A stretch of 64,000 nucleotides of DNA from Iphione sp. A-MEVVRFRX5 (lineage: Eukaryota), in NCBI GenBank assembly GCA_976226885.1, contig OZ320320.1, positions 66,030,001 through 66,094,000 on the forward strand. The letters are read 5' to 3'. The notes under the pieces are model-generated. The model was not told the DNA's origin and searched no databases. It was given only the letters and a program-made list of their open reading frames with translations. The position numbers were made by a program, and so were the translations under genes. Position 1 is the first letter of the stretch. Every line of letters begins with the position of its first letter. Positions 26,882-38,285 of this stretch are shown here, piece by piece.

Positions 26882-27534
26882 GGCCAAGGTAATTATCTGT
26901 GTTTCTGGTAACATGTTGAAAAAATGTCGAATCGGTAGGTCGATGGTTTCTTCTTTTTTGGCATTCAGCACAAATACCCAGTGAAAATGCTAGACAGTAC
27001 TTTATAGTCCTAGAACTATCACTTCTACTGCCCAGATTTTAATATAATATCATATGAAAACCGATGTTCTAAAGAGGGACACTAGGTATTGCATCAGTCT
27101 CTATCTTTTTTCATTCTGAAAATATTCAGGCCTAAAAAAAGTTCTGTGTTTCCGGTAACATTGCAAAAAATTATGGGGTCGGTCGGTAGGTGAATTTTTT
27201 CAAATTTTTTCTCAATGTTAATGACCTCTCAGAGAAACAAATATATGTGGGAAGATATGTTCTACTGCTTAGATCTTGATAAAATATATATCAAATGAAA
27301 GGTAATAATGAGAGCAACAAAATGGTGTATAGTATGTGTCCCTATCAGTTCTCATTCCAAAGATATTCACAAAACAATAAAAAATAAAATTTTCCATTGT
27401 TACTAAAATGAGGGTCGGTCGGGTTACCGGAAACACAGATATTTTTTGTTTAGGCCTCACAAAAAAAATGCTCCACTAGTACACAAATCAATGTCGGTCA
27501 GGTAACGGGAAACAAAGATATATTTTACTAGGCC
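26882..27534 (+). mobile_element. PIF/Harbinger-like MITE (copy 2, outer) interrupted by a same-family copy
   Basis: c-TTA|GGCCAAGGTAATTATCTGTGTTTCTGGTAAC ... GGTAACGGGAAACAAAGATATATTTTACTAGGCC|TTA-g. This gives a 3-bp TTA TSD in a CTTAG target, typical of PIF/Harbinger. Confidence 0.7.
27129..27456 (+). mobile_element. PIF/Harbinger-like MITE (copy 3, nested; 328 bp)
   Basis: TCA|GGCCTAAAAAAAAGTTCTGTGTTTCCGGTAAC ... GTTACCGGAAACACAGATATTTTTTGTTTAGGCC|TCA, with a perfect 3-bp TCA TSD. Confidence 0.8.
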
Positions 27535-28449
27535 TTAGTAATCCCTGACAGTCATAGGAGAGATCTGCAAGAAGAATTACGGGACACCGATACCAATGTT
27601 GATGAAAACTTCTATCCGGGAGGCACCATCCAAAGGGTCCAAGGTTCAAGGTTCAAAGGTTTATTGAGCATAATGTCATTACAGAGTGAATGATATTCCT
27701 GTTATGCTCAGGCAAACGAATTATACAAGAATTTGACTTGATTTTCTGTTTCCTTTCGTCTTGGTAACATATTTCCTGTGATAACCAGTTCAATGCTGCT
27801 TTATTAATTTTGGACTAATCTTCTTATATCTCGCTGATCGCGGGTCGCTGATAAGGCAAGCAGACTGCATTTGTCCCACACACCAGACATTATATTACTA
27901 TTAGCCGACATAAATTATCTGCCTAAGCTCATCCGTGAGAGGGTAAGTTATAAAGGGAAGCTGTGGATAGTTTCCCGATTTGCCATTTTTCTTATTTTTC
28001 CAGTCAATAAATGCGCTGGCACACACTGGTCTGCGCTGGTTGTCAAAGGGCACCCATGTGCATGAGGGTGCATGGGAAAAAATATAAGCCCCCACACTGG
28101 AAATGCACATGGAAGGAATCACATACAATTGAAGGTAAGGAAATCGGGTCTACGGCATAAAATGAAGTGATAGTGCAATAAAGCCAAAACTTGATGTTCT
28201 TACATTTCCTGCAGATAAGCAAAATCATGATATTAGATAAATAGATTGTCGGTGACTCTAAAATTTCTATCAACAGAACTACACATTCATGGTACCATAA
28301 TTTCTCTTGATTTGAACAGCATGTTTTTAAGGTTTACCCTGCAGCTGGCAGACAAATAGCATGATCAGCTGGTGACAATGTTACGTATATAGACAGCCAT
28401 TGTTCTCAAGTCTTAATTGTCTCAAGTCAGTTTTACAAGCATTACTTGA

Positions 28450-29000
28450 GATTTAAATCGTATTTCTACTGACCGTGTAGAAGTTAGTCCCTCGGCAACA
28501 TCTTAAAGTGCATAGGGTACTACCCAATTGAAGAAACATTATAGTACTCCATAGCTGGTGACCGTAGTACTTGTATAGTAATATCATTCCGATCGTGTAT
28601 GGCATGTGGAATACCAATAGTAGAGCAAATAAAACATTCCTTGGACGTTTGTACATTCTGTTGCTCATTAACAAATGAATTGCGAGCTGCATACGCATCA
28701 AACTTTACTACAGGATAGACCCTGGTTAGACGTCGTCTTTCTAGGGTCCATGTAGCACTTCATAAAGGATCTCAAACTGAGAACACTAAAACGAAACAAT
28801 TCCTTCACATTAACAGTCACTATGTCCAGCTCTTTAATAAGTACGGGATGTTGTACACTGGCAAAAGGCTTTTTGTAGTCTAAAAAGACTGCAAGGGCTA
28901 TTTGTCTATTGTTCAAGGCCCCCATTACAGTTGTGATTACAATTCTTCATTCTATGGTGGAGTTGATAATAGGTTATTTTGTTGATAATAGGTTATTGTT
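28450..29000 (-). mobile_element. Decayed CR1/L2 LINE RT fragments
   Basis: IALAVFLDYKKPFASVQHPVLIKEL (track ORF 28698-28925) matches the VFLDlxKAFDtVxHxxLlxKL motif. Other fragments are degenerate and the boundaries are approximate. Confidence 0.55.
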
Positions 29001-30756
29001 CTCAATGAAGGGATAGGTTTGTGAGTGAACAATCAATTGTACTTTTTATTGGCATGGGCAAAATAGAGACAGATCTGTAAATATTGCCTTCGTTTTTGCC
29101 TCCCTTTTTCTTATATATGGATATGCAGTGAAGACCCGGATTACTGATTCCAGCCACTGTAGACGACCCTTACAATGGATGCTTTTAGTCAAGTCCCAGA
29201 CACAAACTCTATACATCATGTTTAACCTTGCACACCTTAGACAACGAATACTACTTCAAACATTCTGTTAGGGAAGAGTGGTCAAACTAACACCTCTACC
29301 CACGCCTTAGGCAATAAATAACACTTCAAACACTCTCTTAGGTAGGAGTGGTCATCCTGACATCTTTTCCCTACAGCTTAGGCAGTCTTAACCTGCTGAT
29401 TCACGGTTTAAACCCACCAATTTACAGTATAAACCTGCCAATTTGGTCTACAGAATATAATGTCTGTAATTTGGTGAGAGACAGCGAGAAGGGGAAATCA
29501 TTTCCTTGTTCGAACACCCCCCCCCCCCACTACTGGGTAGCTCGGCTACAAAAGACGCCCCCTTCTATGGATGCTTTGATGCCAGTCGCTCCGAGGTCTG
29601 CTGTAGGCAGGTCAGTCTAATTGCAGCTCTTTCCCATGTTGGTTACCTAGGCATGGCATGACAAGGGAAGTGCTATATAATATCGTTTTTTATTTCTTAG
29701 GTGAAGAGTTGACATCACAAGAAAGCTTTAAAACTGCTTTATGTTTTGTCAGGAAATCATACGTGTTCAGTGCCGGTTACAACAGAACTATGGGAAGCTA
29801 ACAACAACCTCAATCCACAAGACATGGACATTTAAGCAGACCAGCAGGTCTCAAACCTTCCACCACTATCTCTCCTGCAGAGGACTACTAAAAGTTCTCC
29901 CCTCGGTGTACGTCTGTATGACATGTTGATATTAGATAAGGTACAAAACTTTATTTAAGGTACTACCGCTCTACTGAGGACAGCCTTGTTTCCCAGTGAA
30001 AGTGTCACTATTTAGATGTCTCCAGTCCTTGATTGTACTGCATATGATGCTGTACTGCTAACAAGTGTCCCTAGTCTATGTGTGTCCCTTGTGTTGGATG
30101 TTACCCATTCTGAGTTTCTATTGTATAATTTTATTCTAAGCTTCAAAGGGAGTCCCTCCAGGCGGACATCTGATTCTCATATAATCACATGTACTTTAAA
30201 AATGACTTAGTATCTGTTATATAGAAAAAAAGACCGTCAAGAACAGATGTGAGTCATGTAATGAGACATTACTGTACACAGGCATATATATACGGTCTCA
30301 GCCGAGCTGCTCCATATTTGGAGCGAGTTTCTCATACTACGCGACGCCGGGAACAAAGACCAGTCGGAATAAGACTAACATATTCTAAACGGGGCTCCAT
30401 TATAGACAAGGTGACGAATCGGATGACTTTACCCGACAGTGCATCCCAATCCGTTTTTTAACATCGTGTCATCTTCGTTTTGTTGCCGAGTTTTCCTTGT
30501 CAGTGTTTGTCTCACCCCGCGCTATGGATATCGCAAGCTGATTTCACATACATGTCCATGTATGACTCTGGCCTTAGTGCTGAGCATACACATACATACA
30601 TATACATGTAGATACATGTGTACATACACACATACGAACGAACATAACCACATACACACACTAACGCACACATGGTGATGGGAGCAGGTTAAGTGCGGTT
30701 ATATGAGCAAGCTGTTTCTTTGGTCAGAGGCTCGCAACCGAGCCTGACAGCTGTTC

Positions 30757-30868
30757 ATGGCAGTTTTCTGTCAACCGCTGCTGCTCTTAATGGGATTCAA
30801 CACGCCTGGCATGCAGCCTTTGCGGCGCACATTGCGCTCAGGCGTCACGTCCGCAGCACAACCACAAG
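30757..30868 (+). CDS. Candidate first exon of a small 2-exon ORF
   Basis: ATG...MAVFCQPLLLLMGFNTPGMQPLRRTLRSGVTSAAQPQ, then the strong donor CAAG|GTAAGG (phase 1). Confidence 0.25.
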
Positions 30869-31157
30869 GTAAGGTGGGTGGTAAGACAAAGGGTGGGCCA
30901 AGACAAAGGGAGGGGGTCGGTGGTGGTGAAGTTCGAGAGAGAGAGAAAAAAAATTAAGAAACGAGAAAAGGGCGGCATGGAGAATAGAGAATTCTTGTTG
31001 TCAGACTTCCACTAAACAAAGAGGGAGTTCACAAAGAGATACCTGCTTATAGATATACATACATACTAATCAAATATACATGTACATATATTTTAATACA
31101 GAGAGGGGGAAAACACAAAAGGGAAGAGAAGTATGTCAATGAAGAAAGACTTCTGTG

Positions 31158-31192
31158 CATACATACATATACATACATACATACATACATAT
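31158..31192. repeat. (CATA)n microsatellite
   Basis: Direct reading. Confidence 0.8.
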
Positions 31193-31490
31193 AGTAGAAC
31201 ATGTGCAGGATGGAAGGACCAGACCAAGAATCGCAGAGCTAAGGGACAAGGACCCGGCCTGATCAAACTACAGCTCCCTTAAAGATTTTGTTAAATAACC
31301 CTCCCACACACACGAATCTCCACCATCAGAGAGAGATGACAACTAGTAGTGCTATTAGTCATGCTTCTCCTTGGGTAAGGCCTGATCAACACCTCATTTT
31401 TGGTCGTTGTACAGAGAAGACCAGCACCCAAACACTGCTTAAATTCACGCCGAGCTTCTCCTGTTCATTCTGAGCTCCTCTCTGTTGCAG

Positions 31491-31576
31491 GCCTAAACCA
31501 CAATGGTGACAGTGCACCGCTGGAGGGTGACCCAGGAGGAACAAGCCGTGAGCAAAAAGGAGTCCCCGCGGTTTAA
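31491..31576 (+). CDS. Candidate second/terminal exon of the small 2-exon ORF
   Basis: Acceptor CTCCTCTCTGTTGCAG|GC. Phase-1 joining to 30868 gives GLNHNGDSAPLEGD... The end coordinate is approximate and no homology was recognised. Confidence 0.25.
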
Positions 31577-33010
31577 TTATACCTCCTCGTCCCCACCCCC
31601 TTCCTCGGTCGTGTGATCGAACTGCCTCCGCCTTATACTTAATGCAGTGAAATAATCACTGATACGGAAAGCCACCTGCTACAGACGAAAAAATGGCTTC
31701 CCGTAACAGATACGGAGAGATTGGCGAGGAAATTGATTTCGTAATCGTGTTCTCATTGATATCTGGGGAAACAATATCTCTAGAGCAGAGATAAAGTGAC
31801 AGTCTAACTTAACACGTCCATAATCCTCAAGTTCTAATATTCGCGCTGCACTAGTTCGTTTTCCTAATGAGGCGGTGTTGGCAAAAGGCTCTCTGCAATA
31901 CTATTCCGTATTATAGCTTCTTAAATATAAATACTCTGCATAAATGTCTATCTTTACTCAGTAGTAAGCCAGAAGGAACGTTTTGCTGTGTACAGCCAAG
32001 CTCCATCCCCTTCTTCTGGAAACCGCAAGTGCGACAACATTAGAGTAGCAATGGTAAGAGTAGAGATCGATTGTGAAAACTGCAATTTCATATGCCTGTA
32101 TTTTTCAGCAACGTTTCAAAACCGCGACCTATCTAACGTTAATGGTATGTGGAAAGTGTTTTGTCAACGTTCATTTTCCGCTCTGATAACCTAAGATAGA
32201 GACATATACATCCTTATTTTGGTCGCCGATGTTAGGTGGGCGATCTGTCTTGCTGAGTGGACGTGGGAGGGAAGATCTGGATCTAGACTAAGAATAAGCC
32301 ATAACATACTGTTCAGTCGACACACCTTTCGTTTATGACTACTGATGCATTAGCAGGTATAGGAGGCCCTTACCCCGAGGGACTCATTGCCTTTGCGGTA
32401 GTTCTACTCCAGATACATTGGTACTGCTTTAATAATTTCTAAATATATATATGACATCGCGGGCGGAGGATTGGGGTGGTCATCTCTGCTTGCCGTTGAG
32501 ATCGGACGACGCCGCCGACGGGTGCAGCTGTCAGCAGCGTATGGTGGGCGGGCCACTCTCAAAGGTCAGCGCAACCAATTTCCTGCCCGCTCTGCATCAT
32601 GTAGAATGCACAGATCAATCTACGTTTAGGGGAAGGAGGAAAGGTTTTGGGGGGTTGTATGTGCAGGTGGAGAGAGGTGGCCTCCTGTGTCAGTGACCAG
32701 CGGGAGACGGGCAGCAGGCAATGCGCACATGAAGCCTGCTACCAGCTCAAGTACAGAGGCTACCACCTGTAGACCGCACGCAGGGATTTACCACTATATA
32801 TATCCTGGATATGACGTATATGCAGATATAGATGATGACGTATCTGTTGTATTGCTATGTAACCTTAGAGCATTTGTTATCACTAAGCAACATGTTCCTT
32901 CCATGACGTTTCGTATGTATAACGCATTCACTTCAATTTTTTAGTGTGATTTGAATAAAGAGAGTTTGTTTCACTCCACTCTGCTTGTTGTCTACTCAAT
33001 CTATGTATAT

Positions 33011-33298
33011 TGTTGGCGGAGGGTTGTTACTTGTTGTGTTGGCGGAGGGATGTTACGTGATGTCGGAGGGATGTTCAGGAAAGGGGCGGAGGGACGGGAA
33101 GTTTAGTCTGGATTTGGCGGAGGGGCGGAGGCGCGGAGGTACCGCGGAGGGATTTGTTTGTGTATATAAGTGCGAGCGGCGGAGGTCGGAGTTGAGTTGT
33201 TGTTGGATTGTCGTTGCATGTGCTCTTCAGAAATAAATTACAAGTTCATCTTTACTCGCGGAGTGGAACTTCTTTATTCATAATGGCGGAAGCTAACA
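33011..33298 (+). repeat. 5' LTR (288 bp)
   Basis: TGTTGGCGG...GCTAACA. It is identical to 41828-42115 except at 33085/41902 (G/A) and 33180/41997 (C/G). TATATAA at 33163-33169 and AATAAA at 33232-33237. Confidence 0.97.
33016..33264 (+). promoter_or_regulatory. Array of GCGGAG(G/T) motifs in the LTR promoter
   Basis: GCGGAGG starts at 33016, 33042, 33086, 33117, 33125, 33133, 33144 and 33179, and GCGGAGT at 33258. Near-matches TCGGAG(G/T) at 33063 and 33186. The motifs are seen directly; their function is inferred. Confidence 0.7.
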
Positions 33299-33299
33299 T

Positions 33300-33317
33300 T
33301 GGTGGCAGCGGTGGGAT
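33300..33317 (+). other. Primer-binding site complementary to the 3' end of tRNA-Leu
   Basis: TGGTGGCAGCGGTGGGAT, 1 nt after the 5' LTR, is the reverse complement of ATCCCACCGCTGCCACCA, the 3' end of metazoan tRNA-Leu(AAG/UAG). Confidence 0.88.
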
Positions 33318-33390
33318 ACGGCGCCGAGGAAGGGACCAGGAAACTCAGGACCCTTCATCTGCTAAGCACTCGGCGTCGGCCCGACGGCCC

Positions 33391-34539
33391 ATGGAAGGAG
33401 ACGAACCCGAGAGAAGAGTAACTCGTAGTGGAGGAGGAGGGCGCTGAGCAGACGACGTGGAGGGACAACAAGGAGGAAGGCCCGAGCGGCCGGCTCGGAC
33501 CCCATCCCGCTTGTGGGGCGGCGGGGAGGGGACGGAGGCAGACGGCCCTCAGGGCCCGACTGCGGAGGCAGCGGAGGCAATTCCCCCGCGGGAGCCCCAG
33601 GATGCGGTGGCACCCGCGGGAAGGTCCACAGCGGTGGACGGAACTTTCTCTGAGTCCAACTCAGATCCCGAACTGGATATTACCAGCGGTGAGGAGTCGG
33701 CGGAGGAGGAGGAGGAAGTCGCCGTGGTGGAGGTAGGTGGGGCTCAGCGAGGCAGGGTCAAGCCAGAGTCTTTTGATGGGACCCAGGATTGGGAGGACTA
33801 CCTCCACCACTTCAACTTAGTGGCGATGGCAAATAAGTGGGGAAACCGCGAGAAAGCAGTGCAGCTGGGAGTTTGCCTCCGGGGTCCGGCGCGGGCAGCC
33901 ATGAGAGCAGCTAGAATAGATGTCAACGCACGGGCGGCATTCCGCACCCTAGTCAAGACATTGGCCGCAAGATTCCAGTCCCCTGAGCAGGTTGACCTCT
34001 ACAAGCAGAGACTCAAGTCTTACAGGCAGAAGGTCGGGGAGGACCTCCTCCAATTAGCCGATGAAGTAGAGCGCTTAGTTCGGAGGGCTTACCCCGGGAT
34101 CAAGGGCCATTGGGCGGAGGAGCTATGCCGAGAGAGTTTCGTGCAGGCGGTGAGGGACGAGCGCATCAGGCAGTGGATCGTTCAGAAGAGGGTGGAAGGA
34201 TTCCGGGCCGCAGTTTCCGAGGCAGCCTTTGCAGAAGCTTACTATAAAAACCGGGAAGAGAGGGAAGGTAGGAAGAGCACAGGCAGCAGTGTCTGAGCGG
34301 GGTGCAATGTGATGGTGACAGAGGAGGTGAACAAGGTGGCACCAGGGCCTACCCCCACAGCAACGGAGGAGCTACTCCTGAAGTTGGCCGAACGCATCGA
34401 AAGTCTGGAAGGGAAGTGGAAGACTTCGGGAAGTCAAAAGAAGACGGGATGTTTCCGTTGCGGGAAGGAGGGGCACTTTAGACGGGAGTGTCCAGAGAAA
34501 CCTAAGCCGGCGGAAAACGACAAGCCGTCCTCCCAGTAG
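33391..34539 (+). pseudogene. gag: gag (capsid-like region plus CCHC zinc knuckle) with two in-frame TGA stops
   Basis: ATG at 33391 is in the same frame as track ORFs 33457-34296 and 34309-34539, with TGA at 33445 and 34294. It contains PESFDGTQDWEDYLHHF...ANKW...LRGPA and CFRCGKEGHFRRECP. Confidence 0.9.
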
Positions 34540-37500
34540 GGGGAGAGGGAGACACGGCGGAGGAGCTCATCCCCAGGGTTGCGGTGGCAGAGACGAGAAG
34601 CGGAGGAGAAGATTATAATACGGGAGACGAGATAAGCGGGGAGATGGACCGAAGATCAGGGACTCTCACGCTGACTGGAACGGTGAGGGGGCGGCCACTG
34701 ACGTGGTTGGTGGACACGGGGGCCTCCGCGACTATTATTGCCCCTCAGGTCGCGGAGGAGGTCGGGCTGCAAGTTCGACCGAGGCCAGGACAGAGGATCG
34801 TGGGCGCCGACGGCCGCCCCCTCCAATGCAATGGTGAGACCGAGCTGGAGGTCCAATTTCAGACGACGAAGTGGTTGATCAAGGCGTTGGTCGCGGAGGT
34901 GGAGTACGCCGCCATCCTGGGGATGGACGTCCTCCGCCAGCGAGGAGCGGTGGTGGACACGGCAAGGGGGGTCCTTCGCCTCCCCGCCGGGGATCCCCCT
35001 TCTGCCGTCGTACGGGTAGCCAGGGACGTGCAGGTAGCTGCCAGCGGGAGGAGTGTCATCCCAGTAATAGTGGAGGGAGCGGAGGCAGACCACTGGATGT
35101 TGGAACCTGAGAGGCGGTTCGAAGTGGAAAACGGCTTGCGGGTACCCCGATCGTTGCTGCCGGGAAGGGTCGAGGAGACGGCCGTCCTGTGCATGAACAC
35201 GTCAGCGGAGGGACGTTGGTTACGGAGAGGAGCTACCGTGGGACGGGCGGAGGCTGCGGAGTCACCAGAGGCGACGAAAGGAACAAGGTTGGAGGACCCC
35301 GAGGCAGGAGGGGAAGTCGTCCAAGAATTAATGAAGACGGTGTCAGATGAATTTGCGGAGGATGAGAGGGAGGCCCTTCGCGAGGTGCTGTGGGACCATA
35401 GGAGGGTGTTCCAAACTAAGGATGGAGGAATGGGACGGACGGACTTGATCCAACACGAGATTCACACGGGGGACGCGGAACCCATTCGGCAGCGATTCCG
35501 GCGGCTCCCTCCTCATAAGCGCAGGATTGTCGAAGAGGAAGTGCAGAAGATGGTAGCGCAAGGGGTGCTAGAACCCTCGCGGAGCCCGTGGGCCTCCCCC
35601 ATTGTTCTGGTCAAGAAAAAGTCAGGGGAATGGCGGTTCTGTATTGACTTCAGACGGCTGAACGAGAAGACACGGAAGGACGCATACCCGATTCCCCGGG
35701 TCGACGACACCCTGGATGCTTTGGCGGGGGGAAAATACTTCTCCGTTATAGATTTGGCCTCAGGATATTGGCAGGTGGAGGTCAAGGAAGAAGACCGAGA
35801 GAAGACCGCGGTGTGCACCCCGGGGGGCCTTTACCAATTTAAAGTCATGCCCTTCGGGTTATGCAATGCACCCTCGACTTTCGAGAGACTGATGGAGGTT
35901 GTGCTTTGTGGACTGATAGGTGAGGGGTGCCTCGTGTACCTCGATGATGTGATCATCATCGGCTCGACCGTATGACAGATGTGCAGCCGACTTGGGGAGG
36001 TGCTTGGTAGACTGGAGGAGGCGGGAATGCGAGTGAAACCGAAGTGCCAGCTGCTGCGGAGGGAGGTGACCTATATCGGACACGTAGTCTCCGCGGAGGG
36101 AGTTCGACCAGACCCCGAGAAGGTGCAGGTAGTCGCGGAGTGGCCGGAGCCTGCCTCGGTGAAGGAAGTGCGAAGTTTCCTGGGACTCGCGTCCTACTAC
36201 AGGTCCTTCATTCGTGACTTCGCGCGGAGGGCGGAGGCACTGCACCGGCTGCTGGAAAAAGGGAAGAAGTTCGAGTGGGGGGAAGATCAACAGGCCTCGT
36301 TTGCTGATCTGCGGCAATGCCTCGTTACGGCCCCCATCCTGGGCTTCCCGACGTCAGAGGGTCAGCTTATCCTGGACACCGATGCCTCCGCGGATGGCCT
36401 GGGAGCGGTACTGTCCCAGCGACAAGCAGAAGGGGAGCGAGTGTTGGCCTATGCGAGTCGTACCCTCACCCGACCCGAAAAGCGCTATTGTGTCACCAGG
36501 AAGGAGCTTCTGGCGGTGATCTTCGCCTTAAGGAAGTTTAAGACGTACGTGTCAGGAAGGAAGGTGGTTATCCGCACGGACCACGGCAGCCTCCGCTGGC
36601 TGATGCACTTCCGCGAGCCCGAGGGGCAGATGGCCCGCTGGTTAGAAGAAATCTACTGCCGTGATGTCGACATCATCCATCGAGCAGGACGGGTGCACAA
36701 CAACGCAGATGCTTTGTCGCGGCGACCGTGTCGACAATGTGGCCGTCCAGAGGGAGTGTCGGAGGAGGAGGACGATTGCGCGGAGGGGGTCTTCGCACTG
36801 CAAGTTCTACCGGTAGTGCAGCCCTCAGAGATAGCAGCAATAGTCGACAAGGACGAGCATCTGAGGGAAGTGTTGCGCCGCCTGGAGGAGAAGAACGGAC
36901 CGCCGGAATGGGGGCCTGAAACCACGTGGGAGGAGAGGAGGCTTCTCATGGAGTGGAGTAGGCTGTCAGCCGATCGGGGGCAGATAACAAGACGTTGGGC
37001 GGCGGAGGACGGGCGGACTTGGCCCCAGACGTTCGTCCCTGAAGAGCTGCGGAAGACCTGTTGGGAGGAGGTGCATTCAGGGGCCTTTGGAGGACATCTC
37101 GGGCCAGTCAAGACAGCCGGTTTGCTACGCACGAAGTTTTTCTGGCCGGGACTGAGTCGAGACGTGCAACTGTGGGGAGGAAGCTGCCCGGTGTGTCTAG
37201 AAAGAAGAAGCCCTCCGCGGCGGAGGCGCACACGACTACAGCAACGACAGCCTGGGGGACCGTGGGAATTAATAGCTGTGGACGTCTTAGGCCCTTTCCC
37301 CGAAACAGAACGCCAGGCCAAGTACGTGTTGGTGGCATGCGACCATTTTACTAAGTGGGCGGAGGCGTTCCCCTTGCGCACACTGGCTGCGGAGGAAACT
37401 GCCTCAGTGCTGGTACGGGAGCTTATCTGCCGCTTTGGCCCTCCGCGGGTCATTCACAGTGATCAGGGAAGAAACTTTGAGGCGCGACTGGTGGCGGAGG

Positions 37501-38276
37501 TATTACGGCTGTGCGGAGTAGAGAAAACACGGACCACCCCCTATCACCCTCAGGCCGATGGACAGGTGGAGAGGTTCAACCGGACCTTGCAGCACATGTT
37601 GGCTACCACGGTGCAGGAGCACCAGGGGGATTGGGACCTGCGACTCCCGTACGTGACGGCAGCATACCGAGCTACGCCCCATCGGACCACCGGCTACTCG
37701 CCGAACTTCCTCGCCCTCCATCGGGAAACCACGCTACCACTACAGCTGGCTTACGGAGGACCGGAGTCAGCGGAGGAGGGAACACCCTCCGAGTTTGCTG
37801 GGGAGCTTCGAGATCGGGTCCGCGCAGCGCATCGGCTGGCCTTCCAGCGGATGAAGGAGGGGATCGCGCGGCAGAAAGACTGGTACAACCAAAAAGTGCG
37901 GCCGATCGCGTACAGTGTGGGGGAGGAGGTGTACGTGTTCCACCCCATCAAGAAACAAGGGCTGTCGCCGAAGTTACAGCGATTCTGGGGTGGCCCATGG
38001 ATTGTCCAGGAAGCCTTGTCAGAAGCAGTGTATCGGGTGAAGAAAGGGCGGAGGGAGCGAGTCGTCCACGCTGACCTACTGAAGCCAGGGCGGAGGGCCT
38101 CCGCGGAGAGGGCTGCGGGGAATCCCCCAGCTGAGGCGACCGTTACAGTAGCGAGCGCACGGCGGGAAGTCATAGCCAATCGCTGTGAGGCGGAGGGAAG
38201 CCAGCGGTACCTCCGCGGGCGCACCGCTATAAAACCGCGTGAGGAGCCATCGGTCGAGTCACTACGAATCCCATGA
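34506..38276 (+). pseudogene. pol: pol: aspartic protease, RT, RNase H and integrase; one in-frame TGA in RT
   Basis: The -1 frame relative to gag is open from 34506. Motifs: LVDTGAS (PR), SPWASP...CIDFRRLN...PFGLCNAP...YLDD (RT), DASADGLGAVL...TDH...NADALSR (RNase H), HSGAFGGH...CPVC, DVLGP, HSDQG, QVERFN (IN) and RFWGGPW (GPY/F). TGA at 35973. KPKC lacks one residue of the usual KPxKC. Confidence 0.95.
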
Positions 38277-38285
38277 CCAAGAAGG

